NCBI GenBank assembly: GCA_012295275.1
Contig: CM022678.1
Coordinates: 11,470,001 to 11,534,000, forward strand
Source: Chrysomallon squamiferum
Lineage: Eukaryota; Animalia; Mollusca
Direction: 5' to 3'
Length of the DNA: 64,000 nt
How positions within the stretch are numbered: position 1 is the stretch's first letter; the number at the start of each line of letters is the position of its first letter. The position numbers and the translations under genes are program-made. This document shows positions 28,145 through 44,350 of this stretch, piece after piece. Under the pieces are notes generated by a model. It was not told the DNA's origin. It did no database searches and saw only the letters and a list, made by a program, of their open reading frames with translations.

Positions 28145-29642
28145 TTTATATGAATTTTAATTTTTAAAAGTTCATCAATTCGCGATAAACTGATAGCATA
28201 AATAAATATTAATGAAATGATATTATTCATTTACTTATTCATTCATTCATTCATTCAAAAGTAAAAGTAAACAGAACAAAAAAAGAAATCCAACATAAAA
28301 GAAATAAAATATAAATAAAATAAACTATTGTATATATTTTTAATAACATTTTTGTTTTTGTTAATTACATATTTAATCACTGTTTACAAAACTCTTTCAT
28401 ATTAATAATATTTAAGAAATGTTGGGTGTGATTTAAATATTTTCATTGGTTGTTTGCTATCGTATTGTTCCGCACTATTCATATGCAGCATTTCGTTTTC
28501 AGCTTTAAACAAATATGGCCGCGAACAGAAATATGTGGCGCGTGCGTTAGAGCTAAAAATAGAACACACAACAGAGACTATTAGTTTACTTTATTCAGCT
28601 CGTAAACAAGTAAAATTTTATCGCAGGAAAAAAAAAAAGCATTTTAATTAAATAAAACAGATTTGGGAATATTCTAAACGGTTAGAACTTTAACAACAAC
28701 AAACAAACAACAAACAAAACAAAAACAAAGAAAAAGTTAAAAACATCTTATATCTCGAAAACCACATTATGAAACTTTCAAAATTTTGCATTATTAAAGA
28801 AATTATTTTTTATGTGAAACGTTTGTTTACTGATCTCACTGTTGTTGTTGTTGTTGTTGTTGTTGTTATTATTATTACAATAATAAATTTATGTCATTAA
28901 ACAAATAATTTCTCATCATTAACAATACAACTTTTCTTGTTTCTATTATTACTACAGTACTGCAGTTTCTGCTGTTGATGTTTTAAATAGTGTTGTTGTT
29001 GTTGTTGCTATTATTACTACAGCTACTGTAGTGACTGTTACTGATGTTTTAAATGCTGATGTTGTTGTTGTTGTTGTTGTTATAGTAACTGAATGAATAC
29101 TTGACACGTAATTTTTATCATATACGATTTTGTTTACTACTCAGCGATTCGACTTTGAATGATTCTTTTAAAGAAGAAACCCGCTGTTTTATTTAACCTG
29201 CTGCGTTACAAACTCGCCAAGACATACAGACACACAGACACAGACGTGCAGACAAGCATACAAAAATACAAACATACAAACACAAACATAGACACATAGA
29301 TATAGACACATACACAGGCGCAAACATAGAAACTCACACAAACATACATACACACCCAGAGACTGACAGACACACACAGAGACTGACAGACACAGACAGA
29401 CTAAAACTACACACACTGAGTGACCACGCTGACCACGACATACATCGACTCTGTGCGGCCACTGACTGGCCAGTTTGATTGATTGTGGTCGTGGCGGTCA
29501 CGCTGAAGGGTCACCTGTGAGTCAAGGACGGTGATCGCTAATTGAAAGAAAACTTCGGTAGGCAAATTCGAGCCAAATTATCAGTTAATGAAGTGAGGCT
29601 CCCGAGGAGGAAACAGCTACACTAAATTAAGTATAGCTAATT

Positions 29643-29789
<147 letters not shown>

Positions 29790-29973
29790 AGAAAATTAAA
29801 CAAAATCCATACGTCATATACACTCACGCAAATACACACATACAGTTTTATTCTAGGCTTAATTATTTATTTATAAAGATAATAACAAAGGAAAAACCCC
29901 ACCGATGCTGATACAACGTAGTTTACATATCATAGACAATAATACACGGTAGAAGTCAAAAGCCTCTCTTAAC

Positions 29974-30035
29974 AAGAATCGAACTCACTGCCTACGACCT
30001 TTCAACTCAGGCAAGCATTTTACCACAGCATCAAA
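29974..30035 (-). mobile_element. possible decayed tRNA-derived SINE head
   Basis: Minus strand reads TGCTGTGGTAAAATGCTTGCCTGA...GAGTTCGATTC: an A-box-like then a B-box-like element, with no cloverleaf. Confidence 0.3.
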
Positions 30036-30976
30036 GCACATTGCCACAACAAACCGTGTCCTCGGTGTATTGCGTCATAACCTGTGTGACCTCACATAAA
30101 GCACGAACTAGAAAACAGTATGACGCGGCTTTGTTGTTCATCAAGTATTGTGACGTATTACCGCATTATTACGTCATTTGGGTCAGCAGCGTAATAGAGA
30201 GACTGGATGACCCAGTGGCAGAATCGGGGAACAGATACTGATAAAATTGTCACGTGACGCAATAATCATATTATTCATTAGTTATTTAATATATTATTTG
30301 TATGTATGTGAGTTTGCGCGTGTGTGTGTGTATATCTGTGTGTGCGTGTGTTAGGCGTACACGACTTGTTTTATATGTAGCTTTGTTTATCGGACACATG
30401 GACAGTTGAACATTCATTCAGTCTGTGGTCATTTATAAAATACAGTTGATTCTGGTTTTATGAAAACTTATCACTTGATGACTGCTGATATATAAAATAT
30501 TTAATTATGTTTTTGTTTGGAAATTATGTTATTATTGTTGACCTTCACAGATAAACTTTCATGTACGTATGTAAATATTTTCTCTTGTATATGTGTGTGT
30601 GTGTATGTATCTTCGTGTGCGCATGCGTGAGATAGTGTACGTATGAGAGGTACAGATCATTAATCGCGCTTCTGAAATGAGCAGAAATGCTGATTTATAA
30701 GTTTATTTATTTGTATCAGTGAAGTGCAGTTTCATTCTTCACTGTTCATTGTTTATTTTATATTTTTCAAATATTTGAAGATTCGTCGAGAAAATAGGAA
30801 AAACGGGAAATTTCGATTATCTCTGATCTGGTAGCTACTTTTCATTGCATATTAAACAACTGTAGTAAAGTACTGATTAATTAATATTCAAGTCCATAGT
30901 TTATAACAATGATAATTAGTACTTCTACAACAAAAACAAACTACCAATACTACTACTACTACACCTACCACTACAC

Positions 30977-31050
<74 letters not shown>

Positions 31051-31748
31051 GTAATAATAATAATATAAAGTTAAAACCATTTCATCGTTCTTTCCATGAC
31101 TTACCTTTTTGTGTGTGAATTCACTTCCGGGTAACATATAAAAATAATAAATAGAAGTCTACATCTGTCTCATTAAACTGTAGACTAAACAAGAGACTGG
31201 AACGTCTGGACATAATTATTATTTAATTACGTTCTCATTGTCAACTCTCGCGCGCTCTCATCACTCCGTCACGAGTCGCAAAATATTTCCTTATTTTCCG
31301 ATAGAGGGCGCTTTTTAACGAGATGAGTGACCGCTTCACAACGTCTGCTACATGGTTCGATGAACGTCGCTGAACTTTTGACTCGGTTAGTTGGGTCTTG
31401 TTATAATGTTTTATCGACTGGTTGAGCGGACGCTTCACGCCCAGCTGTGTACGAGGCGTACCATTCCGCGGTGGAATATAGTTCCTTTGAAATATTTTTA
31501 CAATCTGTTTATGCATGCGTTTTCGCTTTGTTTTAATTAACGCTGAGTGGTTTTCGGTGGTGATTAATTAATATGCACGGTGTAAACAGGTTGAAATGAG
31601 CTGATGTTTAATAAACAACTTGACGCGACTCGTATAAGCGGAGATGAACTTTGCGATCGATAAGAGCTGTCCAGGATATAAATAAATAGATCATTGTTCT
31701 TGACAACAAAAACAACAAGAACAACAACAAAGAGTAGTAGTAGTAATA

Positions 31749-31798
<50 letters not shown>

Positions 31799-33950
31799 CT
31801 GTAGTCAGTTGTGAAAAAAGAAAAAAAGAAAGGAACTACAAGAAAGGAAAAAAAAATTGGAAATATAAAACTAGCTAATGAAATTAGAAATAGAGATTAA
31901 AATAACACTATAATACTAACGAAATTAAGTTTTTTGTTTTGTTTGTTTTTTATTTATCTAAATTTTTATTTTATTTTATTTCCTTGTTTCTTTCTTTATT
32001 TTTTTAGGTGGAATGTTTTTGTGAATAAATGCACCAATGAATTTATTTATTTATTTATTTTTATTTGAATTTTGCAAATGGGTAAAAATCGAATTGATAA
32101 TAATATTTGTTTTTCTATTTATTTATTTATTTATAATTTTAGTTATTTCTGAATTTGTTATTTTTACAGGTGTGGCTAGCTGTATGTTAAGAAGTAAAAA
32201 AATAAAAATAAAAATAAAATAAAATAAAATAAAATAAATAAAGAAAAGAAGAAAAAGCGATATATATATATTTTTTTTTTTTTTTGGTTGTTTTCTTGTA
32301 GAAGGGTTATTTTTGTGTAGACTCCACCCACTAAAAACAACAAACGTGACGTCACTACCATTTTATGACATAATGATTTGTACTACAGGAAAACGTTCAT
32401 TAAAAAGACTACAAAGTAAAACTCCCCGACTAATAATCGACCATAATTATAATATTTCAAATAATTTCCTTTCTCAGAATTATAATTTTAATATGGATGA
32501 CGTCATTTGTATCACGTGACAATTCTGTATAAGCGGCTATTTATAGATGTATTTTCAATGTTCGTCGCATTATTTATGTATTTATTTATTTAAATATCTT
32601 ATTTATTTGTTTGATTGTTTGTTTATTTATTTACATATTTTATTTATTTATTTACACTATTTATTTATTTATTTATGTTTCTTTCTTTCTTTATTTATTT
32701 ACATGTTAACATAATTATTTAATTACTTATTTATTAACTCATTTATAACGCATTTTTGATATGGATGATTTTTCATAGCAGTATTCTTTCAATCAGTAAT
32801 GTAATATTAATGTAGTAGAACAGAAACCCGATATCGGGTCTGTAAGTTCTTTTAAGTACGGGGTTTTATTTAACATTTTTAGTACAAGTTCAAAAATCTT
32901 CCACTCAGTCTTTTTAAATGAGTAAACTCGACTGATTCCCTTTAATCTACGAGTTATGTCGTCTGATATAAAAAATCTTAGAACTAAACGCTGTCGATGT
33001 AGTAATGTGATTCTGAATTTTCAAAAGGTTTATTTATTTATTTATTATTCATTCATTTATTCATATTCATTCATTTATATATTTATTTATTCATTCGTTC
33101 ATTATTTATATTTATATATTCATTCATTTATTCATTTATATATTTACATATTTTTCATTCATTTATTTATATCTATATATTTATTTATATTGTTATATAT
33201 TTACTTTATATTTTATTCATTTTATATAGTAATTTATATTTATTATTTATTCATTTATTTTTTTATTCGCTCATTCATTCATTCATTAACTCATATTTAT
33301 TTATTTACTTATTTATTTATTTATTTATTAATTTATTTATTTATTTACTTATTTACTGTTCTTGGTTTTTTTGTTGTTGTTTATTTGAATGAATTATTCC
33401 TCTCTTTTGAAATATATATTCTGATTTTTAATTTACAAACGATTGTGAAATGTTTTATATGAATGAATATTCAAGTTAAATGAATGATGAAATAACTGAA
33501 TAAACGAACAATGAAATAAAATGAATGAATGAATGAAAGAGTAAATGAAAAAGAAGACAAAATAATTAAATGAACAAAAGAAAACTGAATTAATTGACAA
33601 AAGAATGAATGAACAAATAAGAAAATGAAAATGAATGAACAAATAAAGAATGACAAACTGAATAAAACAAAAGGAAGAATGAAAATATTATTTAAAGATT
33701 GAATGAATGAATAAATAAATGAATGAAATATCCGTAATCACTGATAGAACGAAGAAACAAGTGAACGAAAAGTAGAATTAAATGAATGAATTAATAGGAA
33801 TTAACTGAAAAAAACAATAAAAATAAAGACGAATGAAAGATGGAAAGACAGAATGAGTGAAGGGATGAATGAACATTTAAACGAATGAGGCATTCAGTTA
33901 CTTTCGTATGTTAAGAAATTTATTTTAAGATTTATTAATATATAATTGCA

Positions 33951-34004
<54 letters not shown>

Positions 34005-34301
34005 GTTATTGTTATTGTTATTGTTATTATTATTATTATAATAAAAACATTAAACTTGATTAAATGCAAGCTTAACATTTACCCTACCAGTCTAAAAATA
34101 TAGAAAAAAAAAAATAATAACAATAACCATGACGATGATGATAATACTAGTAATGGTAATAACAATAACAATAACAATAACAATAACAATAATAGTAATA
34201 ATGGTGACAAAGACAAATAACTAAATATGGAACGATTTAACTGTCAGAACAAATTTCTTCTTCTGATTTTTATTATTAATAGTAGTAGTAGTAGCGGTAG
34301 T

Positions 34302-34333
<32 letters not shown>

Positions 34334-35866
34334 TAGCGGTAGTTGTATCAGCAGTGAAAAACTCCGGATATAAGTTTTAAAATAAATTTTAGCTTTCTAA
34401 GAAATATTATCAACACCAATTTGTAAAATAATATGCGTATGTTTTCGAGAGTGCGTTTTATTTTTTTTTTTTTTTATTGTGTGTGTGTGCGTGTTTTTGT
34501 TGTATATCTAAATTTAAACATAACAAAAACAATAACTTGAACTTAAGCGGGTTGAAACCTGAAACAAATGACAGAGGATATTCTTTTACTTGTAGAAAAA
34601 TAAACAAACAACAGAGATATCATTTTAGAAATATACTTACGACTATTATGTTGTTGTTGTTGTTGTTGTTGTTTTCCTGAAAAGTGACGTCGTCGTTCGT
34701 TCTGCTTCAACAACAACTTAGTCCCAGATTCTCACAAATCTCTACTCAGTGGACGCCATATTTGTGTTATAAATCAGATTTTCTTTTCTTTAGAAATCGG
34801 GAAAAAATTGTTGAATTCATGAAATATATTGTTTATAGTCTCTTTTTTTTTTTTATATTTATATATTCATGAATATATATATATATATATAAGTGCTTTT
34901 TAATCTTTTTCTTTTTCGTTCTAATGAATATTCATAGTTTTATGCTTCGTTTCGTTTAGAAACAACATTTCAGAAACTGAACAAACCACTGGACCGGCAA
35001 GCTCGCGCTGGTCTGGTCGTCTGCCAACGTTTTGGATGTCATGTCCAGTTCGAGGCGGTCAACAGCGGTTTTCAGCTCGACCCTGACCCAGGGTAGCTGA
35101 CCACTGCAACGTGGTGGTGGTCAACCTGTGACAGCGCCGCCGTTTCATACATTTTTCCCGATCTCGAAAAACCGTTTCAACTACAGCAGCAACAATGTTG
35201 TTACCCTCACCACGACAACGTCTCTTAACTGTTTTTCTCTCGTTTTCTCCACCGTTAATCTTCACTTGCGTTATCTAATTTATTTATTTAACCAGAAACA
35301 TTAAACAAGTTTCTCCAGCGTTCGTTTTGTCCACCAGCGGTTCGCGAAGAAAAATATGTGCAGTGAGACCCTCGCCAACGAAAACATCATCATTGTTGTA
35401 GAAATGCGCGCGCCGACTCTCTGAACTCTTCAACTCCAGCCGCCCAATGTCCTGATTCGGCCCTACTCGTGATCTCGGCGGAATATCCTTACGTAACGGA
35501 ACGACATTGCTCGGTAATTTCCGTGAGGCAAACGGCGAAGTCGGCACGTTTTTGCGGCTGTCGAGGTTTTGTTTATTTTAGTAGACCGTCACGTCTGATT
35601 ACGACTTTCAAAAATGCACATTTCCTTGATTTCTCGACGAGACATCTTGTAAGTACAACGAGGAAATGTCACTGTTGCCGTATTGGGAAGCTAATTCGCA
35701 TTAAGTTTCGTTTAAAATAGTCGCTGACTGTTTTTGTGGTTTTTGCTGCGCAAAGAATCAGGAAAACCAGTTGACAGGTGCAACGAGGAAACAAATAAAT
35801 AAGTAATTAAACAAATATAAATATAAATAAATAAATAAATAAACAGATAGTGGAAAGATGTAAACG

Positions 35867-35949
<83 letters not shown>

Positions 35950-35991
35950 ATGTGCTTGTATACTGAAGAGAACGAGAATCTTTCAGAGAAA

Positions 35992-36129
<138 letters not shown>

Positions 36130-37254
36130 TAGAATGAAAAACGCGAAAGAAACAGAAGATGAAAAGAGAAAGAAAACGATTAAAGAAAAATATCAAAAAC
36201 GAGAGAAAGAATGAGATAACAGAAAGTGAAAAACAAAACTATATAAAAAAGACAAAGACAGATCTATCGAGAGGAAGAACAAGTGAACACGGAGGACTAA
36301 AAACATCTACATATTATATGTAGGGGCCATCAAAGAAGAGGGCGTCACCAGTTACATTCATAAACTCTTGTAAACTTTAACTAACTTCGAAGTGTCTAGA
36401 AAGCAGGTCTGTGATAAATCAAACTTCAATCCTGTGTAGAACTTTTACTTTACGTCCTATTCCAATCAGAAACCCACTACTTTATCTCAGATCTTTGAAT
36501 GTGCGTTCCTGTCTGTGGGTAGGCTGATAGTGAAGATATTTTTCTGCTAAATGATCGCAATAACAACTGTTCTATTTTTTCTTTTTTCTTTTTTTCCGCC
36601 GGATCAGTAAATAGATAGATATTTGTTTGACACAGTAACTGTTAATATTTAAATTTAACTTTGGTGAGACGAAAAAAAAATGGTCTTAAAATATTCAGTA
36701 TAATTTATTCTTTAAGTTACTGTTTATTCGTTTTTTGTTCCCCTCTAATCTTTTTTAATAGCGAAGTTTAATAACAACAGAATACAGTTTTAAAATATTT
36801 CCACACAGCCACTTTTTTTCTATGCCAGTGACGTCATCTAAACCTTTTCTTACGTCAGAAATAATACAGTATTATTCCCCCACGTCAGCGATGACGTCAC
36901 GAATCCAGTTACGAAGTGAACATTTGCGGCGTTCAGATGTTTTGTAACAATTTTACTTAGCTGTCTCAGATTCCAATGAATGATGGTAGATTGCCCCAAA
37001 ACATTAAAATAATAATGTGGAAGCCTAAAGGCTTTTATTAGTCCATATATTCGTACTTAGGCATATTTAAAATATGTTGAGGCACCTTTTTGTTAATACT
37101 AATTTATTCATGCTTAATTTTAATAAAAAGTTATTAAAACTAAATCAAGAAAATGTGTTTGTCGGTGTGTGAGTGTACGGATGCACAATTAGATGTACAT
37201 TACAATACTTTTCAGTGTATGAACTTTATCGTCATTCCTAACAGAGGTGAAATA

Positions 37255-37522
37255 TACAACAAACAGACGTGAAATAGACAACAAACAGATGTGAAACAGA
37301 CGTGAAATAGACAACAAACAGATGTGAAACAGACGTGAAACAGACGTGAATTAGACATGAAACAGACTTGAATTAAACGTGAATTAGACGTGAAACAAAT
37401 GAACTAGACATGAATTAAACTTGAAACAGACGTAAAACAGACATGAAATAGACGTGAAACAGACGTGAAACAACCGTGAAACAACCGTGAAACAGACGTG
37501 AGACAGGCGTGAATCAGACGTG
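37255..37522. repeat. degenerate 10-bp minisatellite (AACAGACGTG/AGACGTGAAA)
   Basis: About 25 diverged units visible. Confidence 0.88.
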
Positions 37523-37997
37523 ACCTTTTAACGAAATTTATTACACCTAACAAAACCAGTCTGTAGCATAAGTCTGTCTGGAACGTTTGTCAAATCTTAC
37601 AACATTGAGTATAATCATAATTAACTGGACTATATTTGGCGCGTTAATTCCGGTTGTGACGTGACCCTCGTGTAGTCCCTTTAGCCAGTGTATCATTACG
37701 CAAGCCACATTATCTTAATACGACCCTACGATAGTGTCGGCTAATTTTGTTGTATAACTAACATTAACAATATTGACCGGGATTCAAATTAGATAACGGT
37801 CTAGTCCGGGAAGATAATCAAGGGCATGAACTCTTGATAGAACAATAGAGTTCACTGTCGTGTTTAGATTCGTTCGTGTCCTCTTCCAGTTTGACTCAGA
37901 ACTTTCCGTCTGTTTGTCTGTATATCTGTATGTGTTTCTTTTATTTTGTTTTCGTTAAACGTAAAACCGATCGTCTTTGTTTCTGTGATGTTTTTGT

Positions 37998-38064
<67 letters not shown>

Positions 38065-38228
38065 ATCTTGATAAAACAAGTTCAAATACTGTAAAATACA
38101 TTGACCTTGTTGCTATAACTTAAACTATGCAATTTATTGAGTGTACATTGATATTTCCCTGTAGAAAACAGTCTTCATGTTGAAGGGTACAGACAAACAC
38201 AGCATTATGTGACTAAAACACTGTGGAA

Positions 38229-38266
<38 letters not shown>

Positions 38267-38519
38267 ACACACACACAGTCACACACACACACACACGCAC
38301 GCGCACACACACACACACACAAACACACACACAGACACACACACACACATTTCATCAGTTGCAGTGTTAGTGTTGTGAAAGTCGTTTGTACAGTTCAGTT
38401 TTTCCTTTCATTCTTTCTCTCTAACCTTTCCTTTCTGGCTTCACTCTAACTCATTAGCAGCAGAGAGACAAGCGTTCACACACACAAACAACCAGTCCTA
38501 TGTGAGAACTTTCTAACAA

Positions 38520-38592
38520 GGGTTTGTGGCGCAATGGATAACGCGTCTGACTACGGATCAGAAGATTCCAGGTTCGAATCCTGGCAAGCTCG
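38520..38592 (+). tRNA. trnR-ACG: tRNA-Arg(ACG), variant U4 (U4:G69 wobble)
   Basis: GGGTTTGTGGCGCAATGGATAACGCGTCTGACTACGGATCAGAAGATTCCAGGTTCGAATCCTGGCAAGCTCG, 73 nt; anticodon loop CT-ACG-GA; A and B boxes intact; TTTT about 11 nt downstream. Confidence 0.96.
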
Positions 38593-38830
38593 GAAATTAT
38601 ATATTTTGTTATTAATTAATATAAATATTATAGAAGGCCGGAACAATGAATGTATAAATATATTTATTGGATTTAAAGCTAAGGAAAAAATAATTAAAAA
38701 CTAATGTCCTTTAATTCTTGGTCTATCATTTAAATGTTGTCGGGTGTATTTTTTTGTGGGTTTTTTCCCCAATGAATTCGAAAAAGAAATTATCTGTCTT
38801 CTAGATCAAATAAAAGACCAATAATAATAT

Positions 38831-38878
<48 letters not shown>

Positions 38879-38879
38879 G

Positions 38880-38910
<31 letters not shown>

Positions 38911-39246
38911 AATGAAAATCTGATTATAAAAAAAAAAAAAATACCTTTTGCTTTAGGCCAAAACATTTCATGCATGACTGCACCACTTTATGATCGTGTG
39001 CCGTGAACCGAAACTAACAATCTGGCGCTAAACTCCACGTGCGGCCGTATCCACGACGACAGGTATATTGTGTTTTGCCAGCACGAACACCCTCCAAGGT
39101 CGCCGATGGCGCGAAACCTTGATCTCTTGACCTGCCATTGGACTCGTGACCTCGCCGAGAATTGTCCGTTGATTGTGTTCAGTGAATGAGGCTCCAGACG
39201 AGTGGGTTTACGTTCGCTTGGCGGAGTTCGGCGGATTTCGTGAATT

Positions 39247-39278
<32 letters not shown>

Positions 39279-39360
39279 TTTGTCTCGTTGTTTACTTGTC
39301 TGTTTATTTGTTATGAACCTGTATTTATTATTATTATTATTATCATTATTGTTGTTGTTG

Positions 39361-39427
<67 letters not shown>

Positions 39428-40312
39428 GGTTGTTGTTATTTAAAACAAAGAGTACCAATTACGTTGTAAGTTTTATGAGTAAGAAATGTAAATATAATAA
39501 AACAATTAAAATAACAGCAACCACCACAACAGTAGCAGCAGCTGCAGCGTCGTTGTCATCATCATCATCAACATCATCATCATCTTTATTATTAGCAATA
39601 CCAGCGGTACTACTAGTAGTAGTTATAAAGGTAATGTTAACAGCAATAGTAGACTTAGTATTAAAGTAGAAGCAGTTATAGTAATGGTGGTAGAAGTAGT
39701 AGTAGTAGTAGAAGTAGCACTAGCAGCAGCAGTAGTTGTAGTAATAGTATTAGTAGATATAATAGTATTAGTAGATATAACAGTAGTAATTGTGTAGTTG
39801 ATAGTAATTGTAGATAGTAATAATAGTAGTAGTTGTAGTAGTAATAATAAAGTGGTAGTTAGTAGTAGTAGTAGTAGTAGTAGTAGTAGCAGAAATTGTA
39901 GTAGTAGTAATACTAATAGCAGTAGTAGTAGTAGTAAGTAGTAAGTAGTAGTAGTAGTAGTAATACTAATAGCATTAGGGGTAATAATTTTGGTAAGTTG
40001 AATAGTACTGTACAGTATTTCTGAGTGTAGTTTAGTATTTAGTAGTAGCAGTGGTGGTTGTTATAGTGGTAGCAGTAGCAGTAGCAGTAGCAGTTTTAAC
40101 CCAGATACCTGGTACAACAAATAGTAGTTGTTGTTGCAGAGTTTGTGGTAAAGTAGTAGCAGTAGTAGTGGAAGTTCAGTATATAACGGCAGTGCACACA
40201 TATATTAAAAATGCAACGACAACTACGACAGGAAGAATACAACAATAACAACAGCAACAGTAACAACAGCAAAGATGTGACTAACTACACAACAATTTAT
40301 CCTAATTCTTCA

Positions 40313-40385
40313 GGGCTTGTGGCGCAATGGATAACGCGTCTGACTACGGATCAGAAGATTCCAGGTTCGAATCCTGGCAAGCTCG
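40313..40385 (+). tRNA. trnR-ACG: tRNA-Arg(ACG), consensus copy
   Basis: GGGCTTG...CAAGCTCG, 73-nt intronless cloverleaf with anticodon ACG. Confidence 0.98.
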
Positions 40386-40386
40386 A

Positions 40387-40401
40387 TTTTTTTTTTTTTT
40401 T
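40387..40401 (+). terminator. Pol III oligo-T terminator of the tRNA at 40313-40385
   Basis: T15 run starting 2 nt after the discriminator base. Confidence 0.85.
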
Positions 40402-40734
40402 AATTTTTAATTTCTTTACTTTTTTCCCGTCTGACTGCAAACAAAAGTCGTCTGCTTTGCCCGGACATCGACACTGTCACATAAAATTTGTTAAATCATA
40501 TCACATGACTATTTTATTTATTTATTTTTTTTTTTTTTTTTTTATTATTATTATTTTTTTTACCTTTTGTTGACATCGATAGACGAATTTATCTTCCGTT
40601 AACTAATTAAAAAAAAAAAAAAAAAGAAAACAAAAGAAAAGTAATAAAAAATAAAAGAAAAATTACAAAATATTACATGATTATTAATAATTGTAAAATA
40701 GTATGTGATTATTAACAATTCTAAAATAATAGTA

Positions 40735-40805
<71 letters not shown>

Positions 40806-40810
40806 CAAAA

Positions 40811-40861
<51 letters not shown>

Positions 40862-41005
40862 ATATAAGAGTGAATATATTATGCCCCGATTCTACTACAC
40901 GCCCGTTAGATGAATTGTCACAAGGGAAATAATCGCGTAAGAATGTTAAACCATCAATTTCTAGAAATTATCTCCCTTGATTGATCCAACTTATTATACA
41001 GAATA

Positions 41006-41075
<70 letters not shown>

Positions 41076-41077
41076 TG

Positions 41078-41111
<34 letters not shown>

Positions 41112-41618
41112 TGATGAATAATCATCATCATCAATTTGAAGATGTAAATAATAAAATGAAAGAATGATGGAACAACAATAATAAGACATTAATGGTAACA
41201 ATAACAAAACAAACAACAACAACAATAATAAAAGGAACAACAATTAAAATAATAATGACATTAACACACAGACAATAACACCCCCGCACAACAACAACAA
41301 TAATAATAAAAGGAAATAAACACACATATACAAAAGTACAGCCACACACATATATTCACACACACACACGTATATACATATATACATACAGACACATACA
41401 CACACACACGCATATATATGATGACGATGATATCATTACTATTAGTAGAGCCTTAGCAATATCAGCACAGCATGATTCACATATATATATATACATGTAT
41501 ACACACATGTGTGTGCATATATATGATGATGTGTGATGATATCATTACTATTAGTAGTGCCTTATGTGTGTGCAATGTATGTGCATGAGCATGATTGTAT
41601 ATATATATGTGTGTATGT

Positions 41619-41679
<61 letters not shown>

Positions 41680-41690
41680 TGTGTGTGTGT

Positions 41691-41730
<40 letters not shown>

Positions 41731-41875
41731 AAAAGTTGACAATAGAAAAATAGGTACAGATCTTCTGCCCATTATTATTATTAATATTATTATTAGTCCC
41801 TCGTAGTGTTTATCTTCTGCTCATTTCTATTATTATTATTATTATTACTTTTATTATTATTATTATTATTATTAC

Positions 41876-42008
<133 letters not shown>

Positions 42009-42031
42009 TTCTTTTACTCCATTTCTACTAT

Positions 42032-42100
<69 letters not shown>

Positions 42101-42179
42101 CGCTACTACTATTATTATTATTACAGGCAGGATTGTATTATTGCTGAAAATAAATAAGGCTGTTTAGGTTGAAGTCTAG

Positions 42180-42211
<32 letters not shown>

Positions 42212-42312
42212 TTTTTGTGAAAGATTAAAATGGCAGAGGGGGGGGGCTCGAAATACCACAAGGCTTAGAATCTACCTAATCTGAGTTAATGTGACTGTAA
42301 GTATAACTTGTT

Positions 42313-42429
<117 letters not shown>

Positions 42430-42578
42430 CTGTAAACGTACAACGTAAACAGTCAGAGTGTATTCATTCTCCCTACAGTAAGTTACAGTATGAAACACGT
42501 TATCGTCTTCACAACACAGGTTAAACTCGAGTCTCTGCCCAGTTCTGTTTCTGTAGAGAACGCTCTTTGATTTGTTCT

Positions 42579-42667
<89 letters not shown>

Positions 42668-42887
42668 TAGCGGTTAAACGTACGCTACACTACTACGCCT
42701 TCGAGCACGAGCGTTTTGGCGCGCTATCACTCGAGCAGACGTGCTTTTTAACGCGGGGACCAAAAGTGAAAGAAAGCAGACGTCATGTTTCTGTTAGGAT
42801 TACTCTGTGTTACTGGATCCATCGGTGGTCTGTGAGTACTTCGTTATTACTGTTATTACTATTATTAGTAGTAGTATTAGTAGTAGC

Positions 42888-42929
<42 letters not shown>

Positions 42930-43206
42930 TGTAGTAGTAATGCAATTAAATAATAACAGCGACGACAACAGTACTGTTAGGAGAGCTTTGATACCATTAT
43001 TACTGTTGCAACAACTACTGCTGCTGCTGGTCATGATGTTGATGTTGATGTTGCTAAGGCTACTACAACAGCAACCACTGTTACTGGTAAGAAAATTATC
43101 GACATCGTCATCATCATCTGGGCGTTATTTTGCGTGGAACACGAGGGTGACAACATATCCCCTACAATTCTCGGCGTGAATGATGATGATGATGATGATG
43201 ATGATG

Positions 43207-43260
<54 letters not shown>

Positions 43261-43502
43261 GCTAGCGGACATTTAACAAAGTGAAGAAAGGATAGGCGGT
43301 TCAGTTATCTCTCCGTTTTTATTAGTTTTTATTGTTTTGTTTTTAGCAAATAGTGTGCTTGGTTATAATGATTATCACCGTCATCAAAATCATTATTATC
43401 ACTAATATAATCATCATCATCATCATTATTATTGCTGCTATGACTACTACTACTCTACTACTATTACTACTACTACTACTACTACTATTTATGATTATTA
43501 TT

Positions 43503-43611
<109 letters not shown>

Positions 43612-44319
43612 GTATGAAAGTACAGCATTAGAAAAAAACAAAACAAATATGTAATAATAACCTAAGAAGTCAACCCTTTTTTTGTTCAGTTCCAGCTCAG
43701 TATTTTCTGTTTGTGTTGCTATAAATGTATTATTGATGTACGCTGTAATGGTTGTAATGGATTTCATAGTCGTTGTAAAACCGTTTTAAAAACTGCTAAA
43801 GTATCTTAACAGACTTGCCAGTCCTTCTATTAACAGTATGTAAAAGATATATATATATATATATATCGACGAGAACCATTTAAAAACATTTGATTTGCCA
43901 CTGAAATGATTACTTTAATTTATATATATTCAAAATCTCGGTTTGAAACATTTTGTTGCTAGGATTCTTTCACCTATTATCGTACTAACAAAATCTTGGC
44001 AGGATTTTTTTTGTTGATAAGTTGTTAGTTGTTGTCTGATTACCTGATCTGCACTGAACACTACACTGTGTTAAAAATGTTTAAAAATGTATTTAGCAAA
44101 TTAATCTATGTTCTGTGTCTCTAAAACACTGGGTGGGTGGGTGAGGGGGGGGGGGCGTAGAAATAGTTTAACAGCCTCGTCCTAGCGTACAAAGTCTACT
44201 GAAAATATGTTGACTGTCGAAAAGTAAAAAAAAAAAAAAAAGAAAAAAAAAAGTGAAGTTAATAAAACGAAAGAAAGAAAAAAAGAAACAAACAAAGGTA
44301 GACAAATAGACAAACAGAT

Positions 44320-44350
<31 letters not shown>

